A DNA stretch of 64,000 nt from Chamaesiphon sp. (GCA_965246715.1 CBDFFH010000005.1:1-64000); one strand, 5' to 3'. Counted from the first letter of the stretch, positions 42,131 through 52,761 are shown. The notes: a model not told the origin generated them from the letters alone. Program-made: numbers and translations.

Positions 42131-43309
42131 ATGAATACCTATTCCATCCTAATTGTTGATGATGAACCCGATAACTTTGATGTGATCCAATCACTTCTAT
42201 CTAATGAAGGGTATAAGCTACAATACGACAACAATGGAGAACATGCGATTGCTTCCCTAGAAAAATTCGACCCCGATGTCATCTTGCTGGATGTGATGAT
42301 GCCCGGTCTTGATGGGATTGAAGTATGTAAACAGATCAAGGCGATGTCTAAATGGCAAGCGGTGCCGATTGTGATGGTGACAGCTTTATCTAGTAAAGAA
42401 GATTTGTCCCGCTGTCTAGAAGCAGGGGCTGATGATTTTGTAAATAAGCCCGTGAATGGTCTCGAACTACGTGCCCGAGTCAAATCCATGTTGCGGATCA
42501 AAAAACAACACGATCGGATTCAATCTTTCTCCAAACTGCAGCGGCACAATATTCATTCCTTGTCAAATAATTTGAATGAGATCCGCTTAGACTTAGCTGC
42601 CGAGTTTTCACGTGAATTTGATTACCCGTTAGATATCATCGCCGAGACCACCGAGCACCTGACAAATAATATCGAACAGCTCAGTGTGGCCGCTATGCTT
42701 CATATTTTGGGACAAAACCATCGCTCTACACTGCAATTGCGTAAATTAATGCAGAAATTTTGGTTTTATCTACAGCTTATCGTTGAAAAACCAGCATCTA
42801 ATTATGGGGATGCCTCAACCCCAAAATCGATCGTCGAGCACAGCTTGAGCGATCGATTTAAGGGATTGCCAATCCCCCGGAGTATAATCTGCGAAATCGC
42901 CGACGTACAATTGGCGGTAAACATCGAGCATTTTCAGTGGATCTGCACCGAATTAATAGAACATGTAATTAGTAGTACAAAAAACATTACGCGGACGAGA
43001 ATTTACGGAGAAATTATTGACGACACATTTCATTTTTCATTATCAAATTATCTAAGAGATAGAGCGGATATTTCGATGATAGAAATGACGAAATCGGTTC
43101 AACTAAATGCGTCAACATATGAAGAAAGAGAATTAAAAATAGGTTTGAAAATTGTCAAGAAACTTGTCAACAGTTATGATGGAGTCTTTTTATTATCTAG
43201 CCCCGACGCAGACGAAACCACTGTTTATCTGACTTTGCCATTGGTACCGGAGCGTTTGCCGATGACTGGATCCCAATTTAAAAACCCAACAATATCTACC
43301 CAAAATTGA
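42131..43309 (+). CDS. Response regulator with degenerate histidine-kinase-like output domain
   Basis: ILIVDDE, LLDVMMP, DFVNKP; H-box position reads FSREFDYPL (no His). Confidence 0.85.
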   Translation: MNTYSILIVDDEPDNFDVIQSLLSNEGYKLQYDNNGEHAIASLEKFDPDVILLDVMMPGLDGIEVCKQIKAMSKWQAVPIVMVTALSSKEDLSRCLEAGADDFVNKPVNGLELRARVKSMLRIKKQHDRIQSFSKLQRHNIHSLSNNLNEIRLDLAAEFSREFDYPLDIIAETTEHLTNNIEQLSVAAMLHILGQNHRSTLQLRKLMQKFWFYLQLIVEKPASNYGDASTPKSIVEHSLSDRFKGLPIPRSIICEIADVQLAVNIEHFQWICTELIEHVISSTKNITRTRIYGEIIDDTFHFSLSNYLRDRADISMIEMTKSVQLNASTYEERELKIGLKIVKKLVNSYDGVFLLSSPDADETTVYLTLPLVPERLPMTGSQFKNPTISTQN

Positions 43310-43357
43310 GGGTTAGTAACCGATAAGATCGTTATGACATATTAAAAACAACAATTT

Positions 43358-43450
43358 ATTGCCAACGTAGGGGTAATGTCTTGTCTCACTAAACCCTCGG
43401 GGAACCCGAGGAGCGCGAGCCGCTTCATGAATTACCCCTACCTTGGCAAT
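43358..43450. repeat. GTAG-type REP-like palindrome with nested insert
   Basis: ATTGCCAACGTAGGGGTAAT ... ATTACCCCTACCTTGGCAAT inverted arms between convergent genes. Confidence 0.7.
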
Positions 43451-43481
43451 AGCAGATCTGGATTTCATTCGATCCTGATGC

Positions 43482-44660
43482 CTAGGGAATGATGCGGATT
43501 GCCAGAGCTTGGGGAGCCAAATGTCCGCGATTTGCGGGTATATCCCGAATCATATTACCTTGGGGGATTGCTAAGTGGCTGACACTATTAATGGGGAGTT
43601 GATAACCACCCAAACAATTGCCCTCAGTCCAGACAGCCAAGCGATCGTTATCCAACACCCACCAATTCGGTACCTCGATTCGGGAGCTACCTGGAGTAAC
43701 ATTAAAAATCGAAGTCCGATAGATGGCTTCATAGCCCCCCCTCCCATCAGGACGCATGACGGCAATCCGTGCGCGTCCGGGAGCTACCCATGTGGTTTCG
43801 ATCGATCGCACTCGACCAAAATTTAAGGGGTGATGGAGGTCGATATAGAAAAAACCGCCCGGTAGCGGTTGCAGTTGCTGTTGAATTAAATCCCCCCCCT
43901 GAGCCTGTGGGGGTGCTGGCTCTAGCCCCAAATCTACCATCTTATTGGCCATATATGAGGCAAATACAGCATGACCCAAATTATTCAGGTGTAAGCCATC
44001 AGCCGAATAATCAGCCAGATCTGATAGTGGAAAGGCTTCCTGGCCAGAGTCGATAAAATAACCACCAATTTGGTTGGTGGTTGCTTGCAATATGCGATCG
44101 TAGTCTTTGCGTCGATCGAGTGTAGCTTGATTGGGTTGGGAAGTACTGATAATTAATTGGTGCGGCTTAAATTCCTGCACCATCCCCGTCAGCATCTTGG
44201 TTAAATCGCCGCTATAGGTGCCACTTTGCGTCGCAGTTCCCAAGATAATTCGCCGAAAAGCATCATTAACACCATAGAGGACGATCACTCGATCGGGATG
44301 ACGGGATAAAACATTCGATCGCCAGCGTTCTAGTCCCGATGGTACCGAAGCTAATTCCTTGTCCCGGAGGGCAGTGGAAACTGTAGATCCAGAGAGTCCT
44401 TCATTAATCTCTTCCCAACCTAGATACCGCGATAGCAATGTCGTCCACCGCCGATCTCCTCTAGTCGTTCCAAAGCCAACCGTACTACTAGACCCAAAGA
44501 AGACCACTTTCGGTAACTTTTTAGGTTGAGATGGGGACTGTTTCGATCCAGTTGGTGGGGGTGATGAGTGAGCGATTAGTGGCTGTGTACCCCAAACACA
44601 ACAACTGATACTGACAAATCCCAGTAGCTGCCCAACAATACTTTTAGCGAGTTTTACCAT
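43482..44660 (-). CDS. Secreted SGNH/GDSL hydrolase with C-terminal beta-rich domain
   Basis: FFGSSST, NEGLSG, YGVND, DGLH blocks. Confidence 0.88.
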   Translation of the reverse strand: MVKLAKSIVGQLLGFVSISCCVWGTQPLIAHSSPPPTGSKQSPSQPKKLPKVVFFGSSSTVGFGTTRGDRRWTTLLSRYLGWEEINEGLSGSTVSTALRDKELASVPSGLERWRSNVLSRHPDRVIVLYGVNDAFRRIILGTATQSGTYSGDLTKMLTGMVQEFKPHQLIISTSQPNQATLDRRKDYDRILQATTNQIGGYFIDSGQEAFPLSDLADYSADGLHLNNLGHAVFASYMANKMVDLGLEPAPPQAQGGDLIQQQLQPLPGGFFYIDLHHPLNFGRVRSIETTWVAPGRARIAVMRPDGRGGYEAIYRTSIFNVTPGSSRIEVPNWWVLDNDRLAVWTEGNCLGGYQLPINSVSHLAIPQGNMIRDIPANRGHLAPQALAIRIIP

Positions 44661-45930
44661 TTGCCCAATCTTCTAAAGGAATCGAACCAATATGACTATA
44701 GAGGATTGCTTCTAATATTTGACCGTTAGTATTGAGTGTGAGCGATCGATTGATTTCTTGAGTACCTTCGTATACCCCGCCGAATACACCACGATCGGGG
44801 TCTGCCAGCCACCGCAAGCCTTGGTAATTGCGTTCGGTATACCGATTGCGAAATAACATCTGCCAAGACACAGCTGTCTTGGTGCTGCTAGTACTAAATT
44901 TATCGCTATCCTGACCGGATGGATTCATCGTTTTCCAATTTTTCCCATCCACATGGACATTGTTATATACAAACCAGGGTGCGCGATCGAGATTGTCCTC
45001 AGACCAGGCGGTAAAATGTCCAGTAGCCTGAGCGCGGCGGGTTTGAGCTTGTAATACTCGTCCCGCATACTCAGCAGGTAAAGCTTTAAATCCAGTTTCC
45101 AGCCCGTCTAAAACATAAGGTTCGCTGGTGACATAGTTATGGTAACTAGTGCGGGTATCGGCAGGAATTTGTACCCCCATCACATCGACATTCTGTTCGT
45201 GCGCTTTAGGATCGATCGCATTTTTCGCCACCACTCCCAATTTTTTCATCCCATAGGCGGCATACTGTTCGTAGCCCAATCGCCCTTCTTGATTCCACTC
45301 TTCTTTACCCTTTTCAATATGCACACCCATTAAATTTCCCTGACTTTCGAGTCGGGTGAGTTTCCATCTTGCTGTGACTGCGTTACAGGCTGCTTTGTGC
45401 TGAGGATAACGATGGGCGATAATATCCAGCCATAGTGCCAATCTGCCTAGATCGATCGCTGAAAAGCCAATTTCTTCGGATTTATCCAGCTTGCCATAGC
45501 TGACTGGTTGCAATGTAGCAGCATTGTAAGCTTTATTTGGCAACTCACCTTTGTACAGCGGCATTTTAGCCAGAGATACGAGCACTTGAGCCATCCATCG
45601 ATCGAATTCTGGCGCAGAGAGTAAATCTAATTCCCGTGCTGCCGTCATCCCGGCAAATTGACTGGCAACATCCCACATGGTGGTGGCGGGAAATTTAGCC
45701 GCAGATGAGACAAGTCCCGTCGGCAATCGATTAGTCTCAAAATATTTCCAAGCATTCCGCGCGAGTTGCAGATCTTCTCCCGTCAGCGGTACGCTACGCT
45801 GGACGGGTACTGGCAATACGCTAGTCTCTTGCCAATTTAACAGTTGATTTACACCGAAACCAGTCAAACCGATCGCTAGACAGATAGCAGCTTGCCAGCG
45901 GAGATTAAATGATTGAGGGATAGTTAACAT
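44644..45930 (-). CDS. DUF3131 domain protein (putative (alpha/alpha) glycoside hydrolase/transglycosylase)
   Basis: ARNAWKYFE.N..TGLV, TTMWD, LPNKAYN, SAIDLGRL, QEGRLGYEQYAA, SEPYVL.GLE. Confidence 0.8.
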   Translation of the reverse strand: MLTIPQSFNLRWQAAICLAIGLTGFGVNQLLNWQETSVLPVPVQRSVPLTGEDLQLARNAWKYFETNRLPTGLVSSAAKFPATTMWDVASQFAGMTAARELDLLSAPEFDRWMAQVLVSLAKMPLYKGELPNKAYNAATLQPVSYGKLDKSEEIGFSAIDLGRLALWLDIIAHRYPQHKAACNAVTARWKLTRLESQGNLMGVHIEKGKEEWNQEGRLGYEQYAAYGMKKLGVVAKNAIDPKAHEQNVDVMGVQIPADTRTSYHNYVTSEPYVLDGLETGFKALPAEYAGRVLQAQTRRAQATGHFTAWSEDNLDRAPWFVYNNVHVDGKNWKTMNPSGQDSDKFSTSSTKTAVSWQMLFRNRYTERNYQGLRWLADPDRGVFGGVYEGTQEINRSLTLNTNGQILEAILYSHIGSIPLEDWANGKTR

Positions 45931-45972
45931 AATTTTGATCCAGTATTAAATATTTTTAAAATTTGAAAATCA

Positions 45973-46179
45973 TTAAATTATTTCCGAATCCTGAATCTCG
46001 ATCGAATCAGTTTCATCTTCAATTGTGATAGTGAGATACTTTCCCTCTCTCCGAGCACAACAAACAATATCATTGTTGCCATCAAGTCCAGCAGAGAGAA
46101 TTGATTCAAAACGACTATTGCAAGCTTCATTAATAATATCGAGCAACTGAGGATACATTTCGGGTGATATTGATTGCAT
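45973..46179 (-). CDS. Small acidic hypothetical protein
   Basis: 68-aa ORF with AGGAG upstream. Confidence 0.55.
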   Translation of the reverse strand: MQSISPEMYPQLLDIINEACNSRFESILSAGLDGNNDIVCCARREGKYLTITIEDETDSIEIQDSEII

Positions 46180-46250
46180 TTTTTATATCTCCTACAATAA
46201 TTTGTCAGTCTAAATGAAAATCGAAGATAGTAGCGATGGGAGATTGAATT

Positions 46251-46640
46251 TTAGGCAGCTACAAGGTGAGGTATATTCAACAAGATAACTTGATTTGATA
46301 AACTGATGTAAATAGAAAGAAGCACGTCCGGATCGACGATCGTGAGATCGCGATCCACGACATGTTTATTTTTACTAACTATTCCCACGTATTGTTGCTG
46401 AAATACGATCGTTGGTGGATATAAACAGCAGCGGTTGTAAGGGCTATGTTGCCCATATTGACCCCCATAGATGCCATGCTCATAATAGATACTATTGATA
46501 TTATAAGCATTGCCATATGTTCTCCGATTTATAATCGAGTTAGAATCGTTGCGATCGCTAGATAGTATGCCTAAAAATTGACCATCTTGTGCGTACAACT
46601 CAAGTTTTCCATCAAGCGAGATCAGATCTTGGAGAGTCAT
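46251..46640 (-). CDS. Hypothetical protein
   Basis: DGQFLG.LS...SI.N..YG..SPYN pattern, 129 aa. Confidence 0.65.
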   Translation of the reverse strand: MTLQDLISLDGKLELYAQDGQFLGILSSDRNDSNSIINRRTYGNAYNINSIYYEHGIYGGQYGQHSPYNRCCLYPPTIVFQQQYVGIVSKNKHVVDRDLTIVDPDVLLSIYISLSNQVILLNIPHLVAA

Positions 46641-46782
46641 ATATTCCCCTGGTTACTCTATGCTATAGTCCTTTACTTAATTTATGCAAAATCTCCGATC
46701 TAACTAGTGTGATTTATCTACCAATTAATAGTGATTCATCATCTGGATTTCGACACTTACATCTAAAAATCTAGCTCAAGTA

Positions 46783-47958
46783 TCATCGCGGAATAATTCT
46801 AAACAAAACTTCATTTTTGACCATCAGCCAACATAAACCGATCGCGATCGCTTGGGCTAAACTGACCAACCAAGTACTCCCCTGAATCAAGCCCGGAATC
46901 ATAAACCAGATTAAAGTCAAAGGCACATGGATAATATAGACATATAATGAGTTTTGACCCAGGGGAATCAATAATTTACCTAACGTTTTGGATAACGGTA
47001 CCCAAAACCTGTCAACCCCCATAAACATCAGCGAAAATAGCCCCAGCAGCGTTACCAACCGAATTGGGCCATTAATACTGCGATCGGTCAACCGCAGCCA
47101 CAATGCTCGATCTTGTACTCTTGTAGGCCACGTTCCTAGTTGAAGATCTAAATGAGCTGTAATCAGAGCTAAAACGACGATCGCTAGCATCCCCAGTAGT
47201 ACTGGTATTTTGGGCAACCGTTTCCAATTTTTAGCTAACTTATCTTTGTGATAACCAGCGGCGACACCATGAACGTAAAGGATCTGCCAAGTACTAAATA
47301 CAAAGTAAGGATGAGCGCGATCGAGTGGTTGAAAACTAAACGAATAAGGATGCACCTGTTGAATCCACCACAACGTCCAAGAGGCAGTTAATAGCGGTAA
47401 TAAAAGTCCCCGCCGCAATAACCAAAATATGGCGGGAGAAGCCAATAAACACAATACATATAGTTGTAAAATATCGACGATCGGTGGAGTCAAATGTAAT
47501 GTGCCAGCTGCTAACAAAATCTGCCACCACTCCCCAGGTGCCCGATCGAAGCTCGGTCTAGTCATCCCTGGTGCGACAATGCTCAATAATCCCAATCCTG
47601 CGATGAGGATAAAGCTAGTAAAATATAAGATCTTCGCTCGTTCTAGCAACTTCTGCATCGCAGAATTCAAGCCAATCTTATCGATTCGTTGTAATGTCAC
47701 AAATCCCAGTACAAACCCAGACAAAAACACAAATCCTTCTGCCGAACTTGCATAGATATGTCCTTGCGTAATATTATTAAAATACGATCGACATTCTAAA
47801 TGATTGACCACCATCGAGACGATCGCCACCCCTCGAAGTAGATCGATTCGTAGATCGCGTTTTCCATAGAGTTCTGGATCGTATTGCCATAATTTCTGAC
47901 GTTTAGGAGGTGCTGAAGTTAGATCTGGATCTGCAACTGGTGGAGAAATAATTGACAT
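46783..47958 (-). CDS. OpgC-domain membrane acyltransferase
   Basis: RDLRIDLLRG, SAEGFVFLSG, DILQLY, WQILYV.G, LGQNSLYVYIIH. Confidence 0.85.
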   Translation of the reverse strand: MSIISPPVADPDLTSAPPKRQKLWQYDPELYGKRDLRIDLLRGVAIVSMVVNHLECRSYFNNITQGHIYASSAEGFVFLSGFVLGFVTLQRIDKIGLNSAMQKLLERAKILYFTSFILIAGLGLLSIVAPGMTRPSFDRAPGEWWQILLAAGTLHLTPPIVDILQLYVLCLLASPAIFWLLRRGLLLPLLTASWTLWWIQQVHPYSFSFQPLDRAHPYFVFSTWQILYVHGVAAGYHKDKLAKNWKRLPKIPVLLGMLAIVVLALITAHLDLQLGTWPTRVQDRALWLRLTDRSINGPIRLVTLLGLFSLMFMGVDRFWVPLSKTLGKLLIPLGQNSLYVYIIHVPLTLIWFMIPGLIQGSTWLVSLAQAIAIGLCWLMVKNEVLFRIIPR

Positions 47959-47979
47959 AATATCTACAACTTGATTTAA

Positions 47980-49287
47980 CTAAAATTTCAGCCGAACTTG
48001 ACCGATAATAGACTGAATATTTGCATTACTAGTAACAGGTACGATACTTTTGACATTACTAAAGCTATAGCCGAGATCCGCTTCAACAGAGGGTGATAGC
48101 TTAGCAGTACACTTAGTTTGATAGCCGCCAGCATCAGAACTGGTAGCATTGACATTCTGGCCGCCTAAACTAGCTGAAAGTCGACAGTTGAGTACATCTC
48201 GAATCACACTGCCTTCCCAGGCAACTTCGCCTGTATAAACTAGGAAATCTGGAGGTGCAAAGTAGCCTTTGTCAGTGGGATTTTTATAATTCCAGGTGAA
48301 CAAATTACCCGCCACCGAAAACTCACCGAATTTACGCTCGAGCCGACTGAATGACTGTTGTTCTTGGTTATTATCGCTATAGCTTCCCAAGTGCAGTGAT
48401 GAAAATAAGGATGTATCTTTATCTATTTGCCAGAATATAGATGGCCCATACCGAAAAGCCGAAATTTGATTTTCGATCGTTTTGGCATTAAATTTATAAG
48501 ATCCCTGTTGAAGATCCGCAGACACTGTTAAACCACTTGTTAGGGGATAGTCTACTTTGAGATTAAAATTGGGTGTAGTCGATCCGCTCGCTAGATCGAC
48601 TCCGACCCCTGGACGAATTTTGAGCGAATTAATTTTGGTTTCCCAATTAATTCCCAGTGGAATATTGGTAACAGTTTTGGTTCCTGGCTGTTCGTAAGTA
48701 TCATAACCAGTTGTAAACAATAATCGTTCAGCTTTGCTGTCCTGACGGGAATCGCCATTATTGAGCCGAAATATTGCTGTTGATTCGATCGTCCGGTTAA
48801 CTTGACCAGAGTTATTCCACTCGTTATGAACATTGGGTTGTAGTCCCTCCAACACTGCAAAAGGTGCGGCCATTGCAGGTTTGACAGTGGCACCTTCAAC
48901 TGAGCCAGAATTAGCTCCAGGTGGGGGTAGGAGCGGGATATATTCTTTTGGTGGGGGGATATTTAGATCGGGATTAAAGTTATCGGCACCAGCAAGCAGT
49001 TGTGGTGTCAACCTAATAATTTCTGTGGATAAGCTTCGATCTAACGAAGCATTACCAGAGTCAACGCTCTCAGCTGCCGTTGTGGCTGATGATATAGTAG
49101 TTTCGAGGAGTAGATACGCAACAAAACTTCCCGCAGCTAATATTTGTTGCCAAAGTAGAAATTGTCGGAGAACTATTGGAAATTTCATCTTGTGCATCCG
49201 AACTATAGATTCAATGCTCACTAACTGAGCTTTAAACTTCAGTTGTAATTTGCAACTGACTATACCTAAGATGCCCTCAAAATTCAC
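47980..49287 (-). CDS. Putative outer-membrane beta-barrel protein (true start probably near 49190-49200)
   Basis: Alternating beta-strand pattern, GYFAP motif, C-terminal VRLKF. Confidence 0.65.
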   Translation of the reverse strand: MNFEGILGIVSCKLQLKFKAQLVSIESIVRMHKMKFPIVLRQFLLWQQILAAGSFVAYLLLETTISSATTAAESVDSGNASLDRSLSTEIIRLTPQLLAGADNFNPDLNIPPPKEYIPLLPPPGANSGSVEGATVKPAMAAPFAVLEGLQPNVHNEWNNSGQVNRTIESTAIFRLNNGDSRQDSKAERLLFTTGYDTYEQPGTKTVTNIPLGINWETKINSLKIRPGVGVDLASGSTTPNFNLKVDYPLTSGLTVSADLQQGSYKFNAKTIENQISAFRYGPSIFWQIDKDTSLFSSLHLGSYSDNNQEQQSFSRLERKFGEFSVAGNLFTWNYKNPTDKGYFAPPDFLVYTGEVAWEGSVIRDVLNCRLSASLGGQNVNATSSDAGGYQTKCTAKLSPSVEADLGYSFSNVKSIVPVTSNANIQSIIGQVRLKF

Positions 49288-49688
49288 TCTAATTTAGAAT
49301 TACACCTTTATTACGACAGAATCGTACGCTATTTGGGTACTCACCCGTAAATCAACAATTCTTTCTCCTGTGATGATGCTCTTAATTGGTTCGCTCACTG
49401 TGGCTTATTCATTTGATAACCGCTGTAAGTCTAACAAAGTTTAGATCGATTATCGATCGCAGATCGGTCGCCGAGCAGAATTTCCTGATTGAATCCGCTC
49501 GGTACCAACTATTTTAGGGTGGCTCCAATCTAAAAGATGGATGGCCCATTATTCGCAATAAATCGATCGAGATCCCACTGTTTACACAAGTTCACGCACG
49601 TTATCTGAATTTGGGATTGCTGGTGGGAGGGCAGGTTGAGATCGATGGATTTCAGATAGGATCGATCTCCTAAACCTGCCCCACATCA

Positions 49689-51245
49689 CTAATCTCCTTC
49701 AGACTGCTCGGATGCTTCGGGTTTCAACAATGGAAACGCGATCGCGTCACGAATGCTGGCACAATCGCATAAGAGCATTACCAATCGATCGATCCCGATC
49801 CCCAATCCGCCAGTCGGCGGCATCCCATATTCTAATGCTGTGAGGAAGTCTTCATCCACATCGTGGGCTTCGACATCACCGCTAGCTTTGCGTGCTGCTT
49901 GAGCCTCCAATCGCTGCCGTTGATCGATCGGATCGGTTAATTCTGAGAAACTATTTGCCAATTCGCGTCCGACTGCAAAGAGTTCGAACCGCTCGACGAG
50001 TCCGGGTTTCGATCGATGGGGTTTAGCTAAGGGGGAGATTTCGACCGGATAATCGAGCACGAATGTGGGCTGAATTAGGGTTGCTTCACACTTTTGCTCA
50101 AAGATCTCGTTTAAGAGTTTGCCGAGGGATATAATGTCATTACAACCGTTGATGCCAGCATCTTTGACTGCTATTTGGGCTATCTCGATCGAGTTGAAGG
50201 TACTAAAATCTAACCCAGTAACTTCTTTAACGATCTCGTGCATCGTCACCCTCCGCCAGGGCGCATTTAAACTAATCGGTGTCCCCTGATAACTAATTTC
50301 CAGCGTACCCAGCACTGACTGAGCGACAGTAGTAATCATCCCCTCCGTTAGTGCCATCATATCCTCATAGTCAGCATAGGCTTGGTACACCTCGATACTA
50401 GTGAATTCGGGATTGTGACGGGTAGACACGCCCTCATTGCGGAAAATCCGCCCCAATTCAAATACTTTCTCAAAACCACCAACAATTAACCGTTTGAGGT
50501 GTAACTCTGTCGCAATCCGCAGATACAGCGGCATCTCCAAGGTATTGTGATAGGTATTAAACGGACGCGCATCAGCTCCGCCAGCTTCCGACTGTAAAAC
50601 TGGCGTTTCGATTTCGATAAAGTTTAAGTCTTCCAAATAGCGGCGAATGCCAGCCGTAATCAGCGAACGCTTTCTAAATGTATCCCGCACCTCGGGATTG
50701 ACGATGAGATCGACATAGCGTTGGCGATAACGCTTAGCGACATCGGTTAATCCATGCCATTTATCGGGCAATGGGAGTAATGATTTCGTCAGGATCGTGT
50801 ACTCATTGACTAATACGGACAATTCGCCGCGCTCAGTTCGTGAGATCGTTCCTTTGACACCGATAAAGTCACCGACATCGGTTAATTGCTTGAGATGGGT
50901 AAAAGCATCGGGAGCCGCTGGCATGCCCGCTTCGATTTTCGGCTTCGCTAGATATAGCTGAATCGTCCCTGTCTCGTCTTGCAGGCTAAAAAATGCTAGT
51001 TTGCCCATCACCCGCCGGGCGAGGATGCGTCCTGCGATCGAAACTTGGATATCTACCTCTTCACTATTGGCTAAATCTACATATTCTGTCTGTAATGCAG
51101 CAGCTTGGTGGGTAGATATCCAGTTGTAGGCGTAGGGATTCATCCCTAGTTCTCTGATTTTATCTGCCTTAGCTAGGCGCGTAGCCCGAATCTCGGCAAG
51201 CGTTGATTGTGGTTCTGGTTGCGACGGTGGCTGTTGCTTTGACAT
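49689..51245 (-). CDS. lysS: Lysyl-tRNA synthetase (class II)
   Basis: [50 protein letters not shown]. Confidence 0.98.
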   Translation of the reverse strand: MSKQQPPSQPEPQSTLAEIRATRLAKADKIRELGMNPYAYNWISTHQAAALQTEYVDLANSEEVDIQVSIAGRILARRVMGKLAFFSLQDETGTIQLYLAKPKIEAGMPAAPDAFTHLKQLTDVGDFIGVKGTISRTERGELSVLVNEYTILTKSLLPLPDKWHGLTDVAKRYRQRYVDLIVNPEVRDTFRKRSLITAGIRRYLEDLNFIEIETPVLQSEAGGADARPFNTYHNTLEMPLYLRIATELHLKRLIVGGFEKVFELGRIFRNEGVSTRHNPEFTSIEVYQAYADYEDMMALTEGMITTVAQSVLGTLEISYQGTPISLNAPWRRVTMHEIVKEVTGLDFSTFNSIEIAQIAVKDAGINGCNDIISLGKLLNEIFEQKCEATLIQPTFVLDYPVEISPLAKPHRSKPGLVERFELFAVGRELANSFSELTDPIDQRQRLEAQAARKASGDVEAHDVDEDFLTALEYGMPPTGGLGIGIDRLVMLLCDCASIRDAIAFPLLKPEASEQSEGD

Positions 51246-51427
51246 ATTGCATCGATCTAGGCTGGACTCTCTATTCTAAGTCAAGCACGATCGATATTCC
51301 CTGTCTCGCTCGCTTTTTACGTCGCGACACCCACCAACGCGAATCGTGATGTTAAGGAGCTGCTTAGATTAGCAACATTAACTCATATCTAGAGAACAAA
51401 CACTATTCTCTATTGTCTATCACCTAA

Positions 51428-51763
51428 TTAGCAATACTGGCTGATATCCTCACCGCATTCATCGGCTAGATAGCACATTGCTTTAAATCGGAGCATCACG
51501 ACCTCTTCATAGAGGGGGTTGAGTTTACACATCGGGGGGATGTGTAAGAGCGTGCGCCCAAATAAATTGAGGTCGCGCTCAAAGGGACATTGGGAGGGGA
51601 TGAGTTGACAGAGCTTATGCGCTAGCTGGGGATTGGAGATATTGAGGTTTTCCAGCCAGTTACGCAGGGGTTTAAGCGGATCGAAAGAGTGGACAAACTT
51701 CAGTAGATTGGAACTCATACTTCTATTAGAAAGAGCGGTTCGATCGAGGAGATAAGTATTCAT
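51428..51763 (-). CDS. Mo-dependent nitrogenase C-terminal domain-containing small protein (cyanobacterial family, function unknown)
   Basis: LIPSQCPFERD..HIPPMCKLNPLY..LRFKA..YLADECGED. Confidence 0.88.
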   Translation of the reverse strand: MNTYLLDRTALSNRSMSSNLLKFVHSFDPLKPLRNWLENLNISNPQLAHKLCQLIPSQCPFERDLNLFGRTLLHIPPMCKLNPLYEEVVMLRFKAMCYLADECGEDISQYC

Positions 51764-52095
51764 GGTCTTGCCCCTGTCTTGAATGTTCGTCTAGATCGGA
51801 CTACATCCGTTCGCGAGCATTTTCCGGAAAGAAAATTTAGATTGGCAGGTATCCAAAAGGTATTCTATCCCGCAAGCATTAGTACCTATCGATATTGGTA
51901 CTACTAGCATGATGAACTAGTTAATACTCTTCTGACAACGGTAAATCCACGGAATTATCATAACGCATTAATCATCCATTTGAGCGAGTTTTCGATCGCC
52001 AACTCTTATACTCTCAGACATACTTCTAATTAAAAAAGTTGCCAATTATTAAAAAAAACCGATCCCCATTGGGTTTTCCGCCAAACCCACTAGTT

Positions 52096-52111
52096 TGTAG
52101 CGATCGATACA
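52096..52111. promoter_or_regulatory. Candidate NtcA-binding site
   Basis: TGTA-GCGATCGA-TACA matches TGTA-N8-TACA. Confidence 0.45.
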
Positions 52112-52344
52112 GTTAGAACTGAGAAATTCGATCTAAATTGGTTGGCATCGATCCCCATTGCGTTTACCTTCAAAACTCGCTTATTTAGATCGTAAATATT
52201 CGGTAAATAAAAATCAGTGTAATTAAGTACGGAAACCTCGATCTAACCGTACAACACTTATTAAAAATAGCAACAATTTTGTGATTTTCGACACAGCAAC
52301 GATCGGAACTCAAGCCTGTAGATAGTTTCAGCTTTAGTAGTAAT

Positions 52345-52761
52345 TTATGCTCGATCGAAAGCCCCAGGGAGATAATCTAGCAATAATAAGCATCGACCCG
52401 CAGCAAGATCCGTCAATATATGTAGGCACGTTCCGTCAATTGGTTGGCTAATTGGCTGATGTCTGACGATGGCCACATCAAAGCGACAAGCATAGTCGGC
52501 TAAATGGGGATGCTTGAGCAAAAATAACTCCGCCGCGCTCAATAATCTCGATTGCTTCTGGGGGGTAATTGCCAGCAATCCGTCAGCATCCCAATTCCGG
52601 CTGTTCCGAGTCTTGACTTCGATAAATCGGAGGGTGTCTGCATCGATAGCGATGAGATCGATCTCGCCGCGTCGCCACCGCCACCGCCGATGTAAAACCT
52701 TCGCCCCACCAGCTATCAGCCACTGGGCGACGACTTCTTCCCCTAATTCACCAGTATTCAC
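52345..52761 (-). CDS. yraN: YraN (UPF0102) family nuclease-fold protein
   Basis: GELGE, GEIDLIA, FIEVKTR, CRFDV. Confidence 0.9.
   Translation of the reverse strand: MNTGELGEEVVAQWLIAGGAKVLHRRWRWRRGEIDLIAIDADTLRFIEVKTRNSRNWDADGLLAITPQKQSRLLSAAELFLLKHPHLADYACRFDVAIVRHQPISQPIDGTCLHILTDLAAGRCLLLLDYLPGAFDRA

Noticed and set aside
51428..51763. Evidence of nitrogen fixation from the 'Mo-dependent nitrogenase C-terminal' domain
   Set aside because: The family name is historical; it is a small cyanobacterial protein and no nif genes are present
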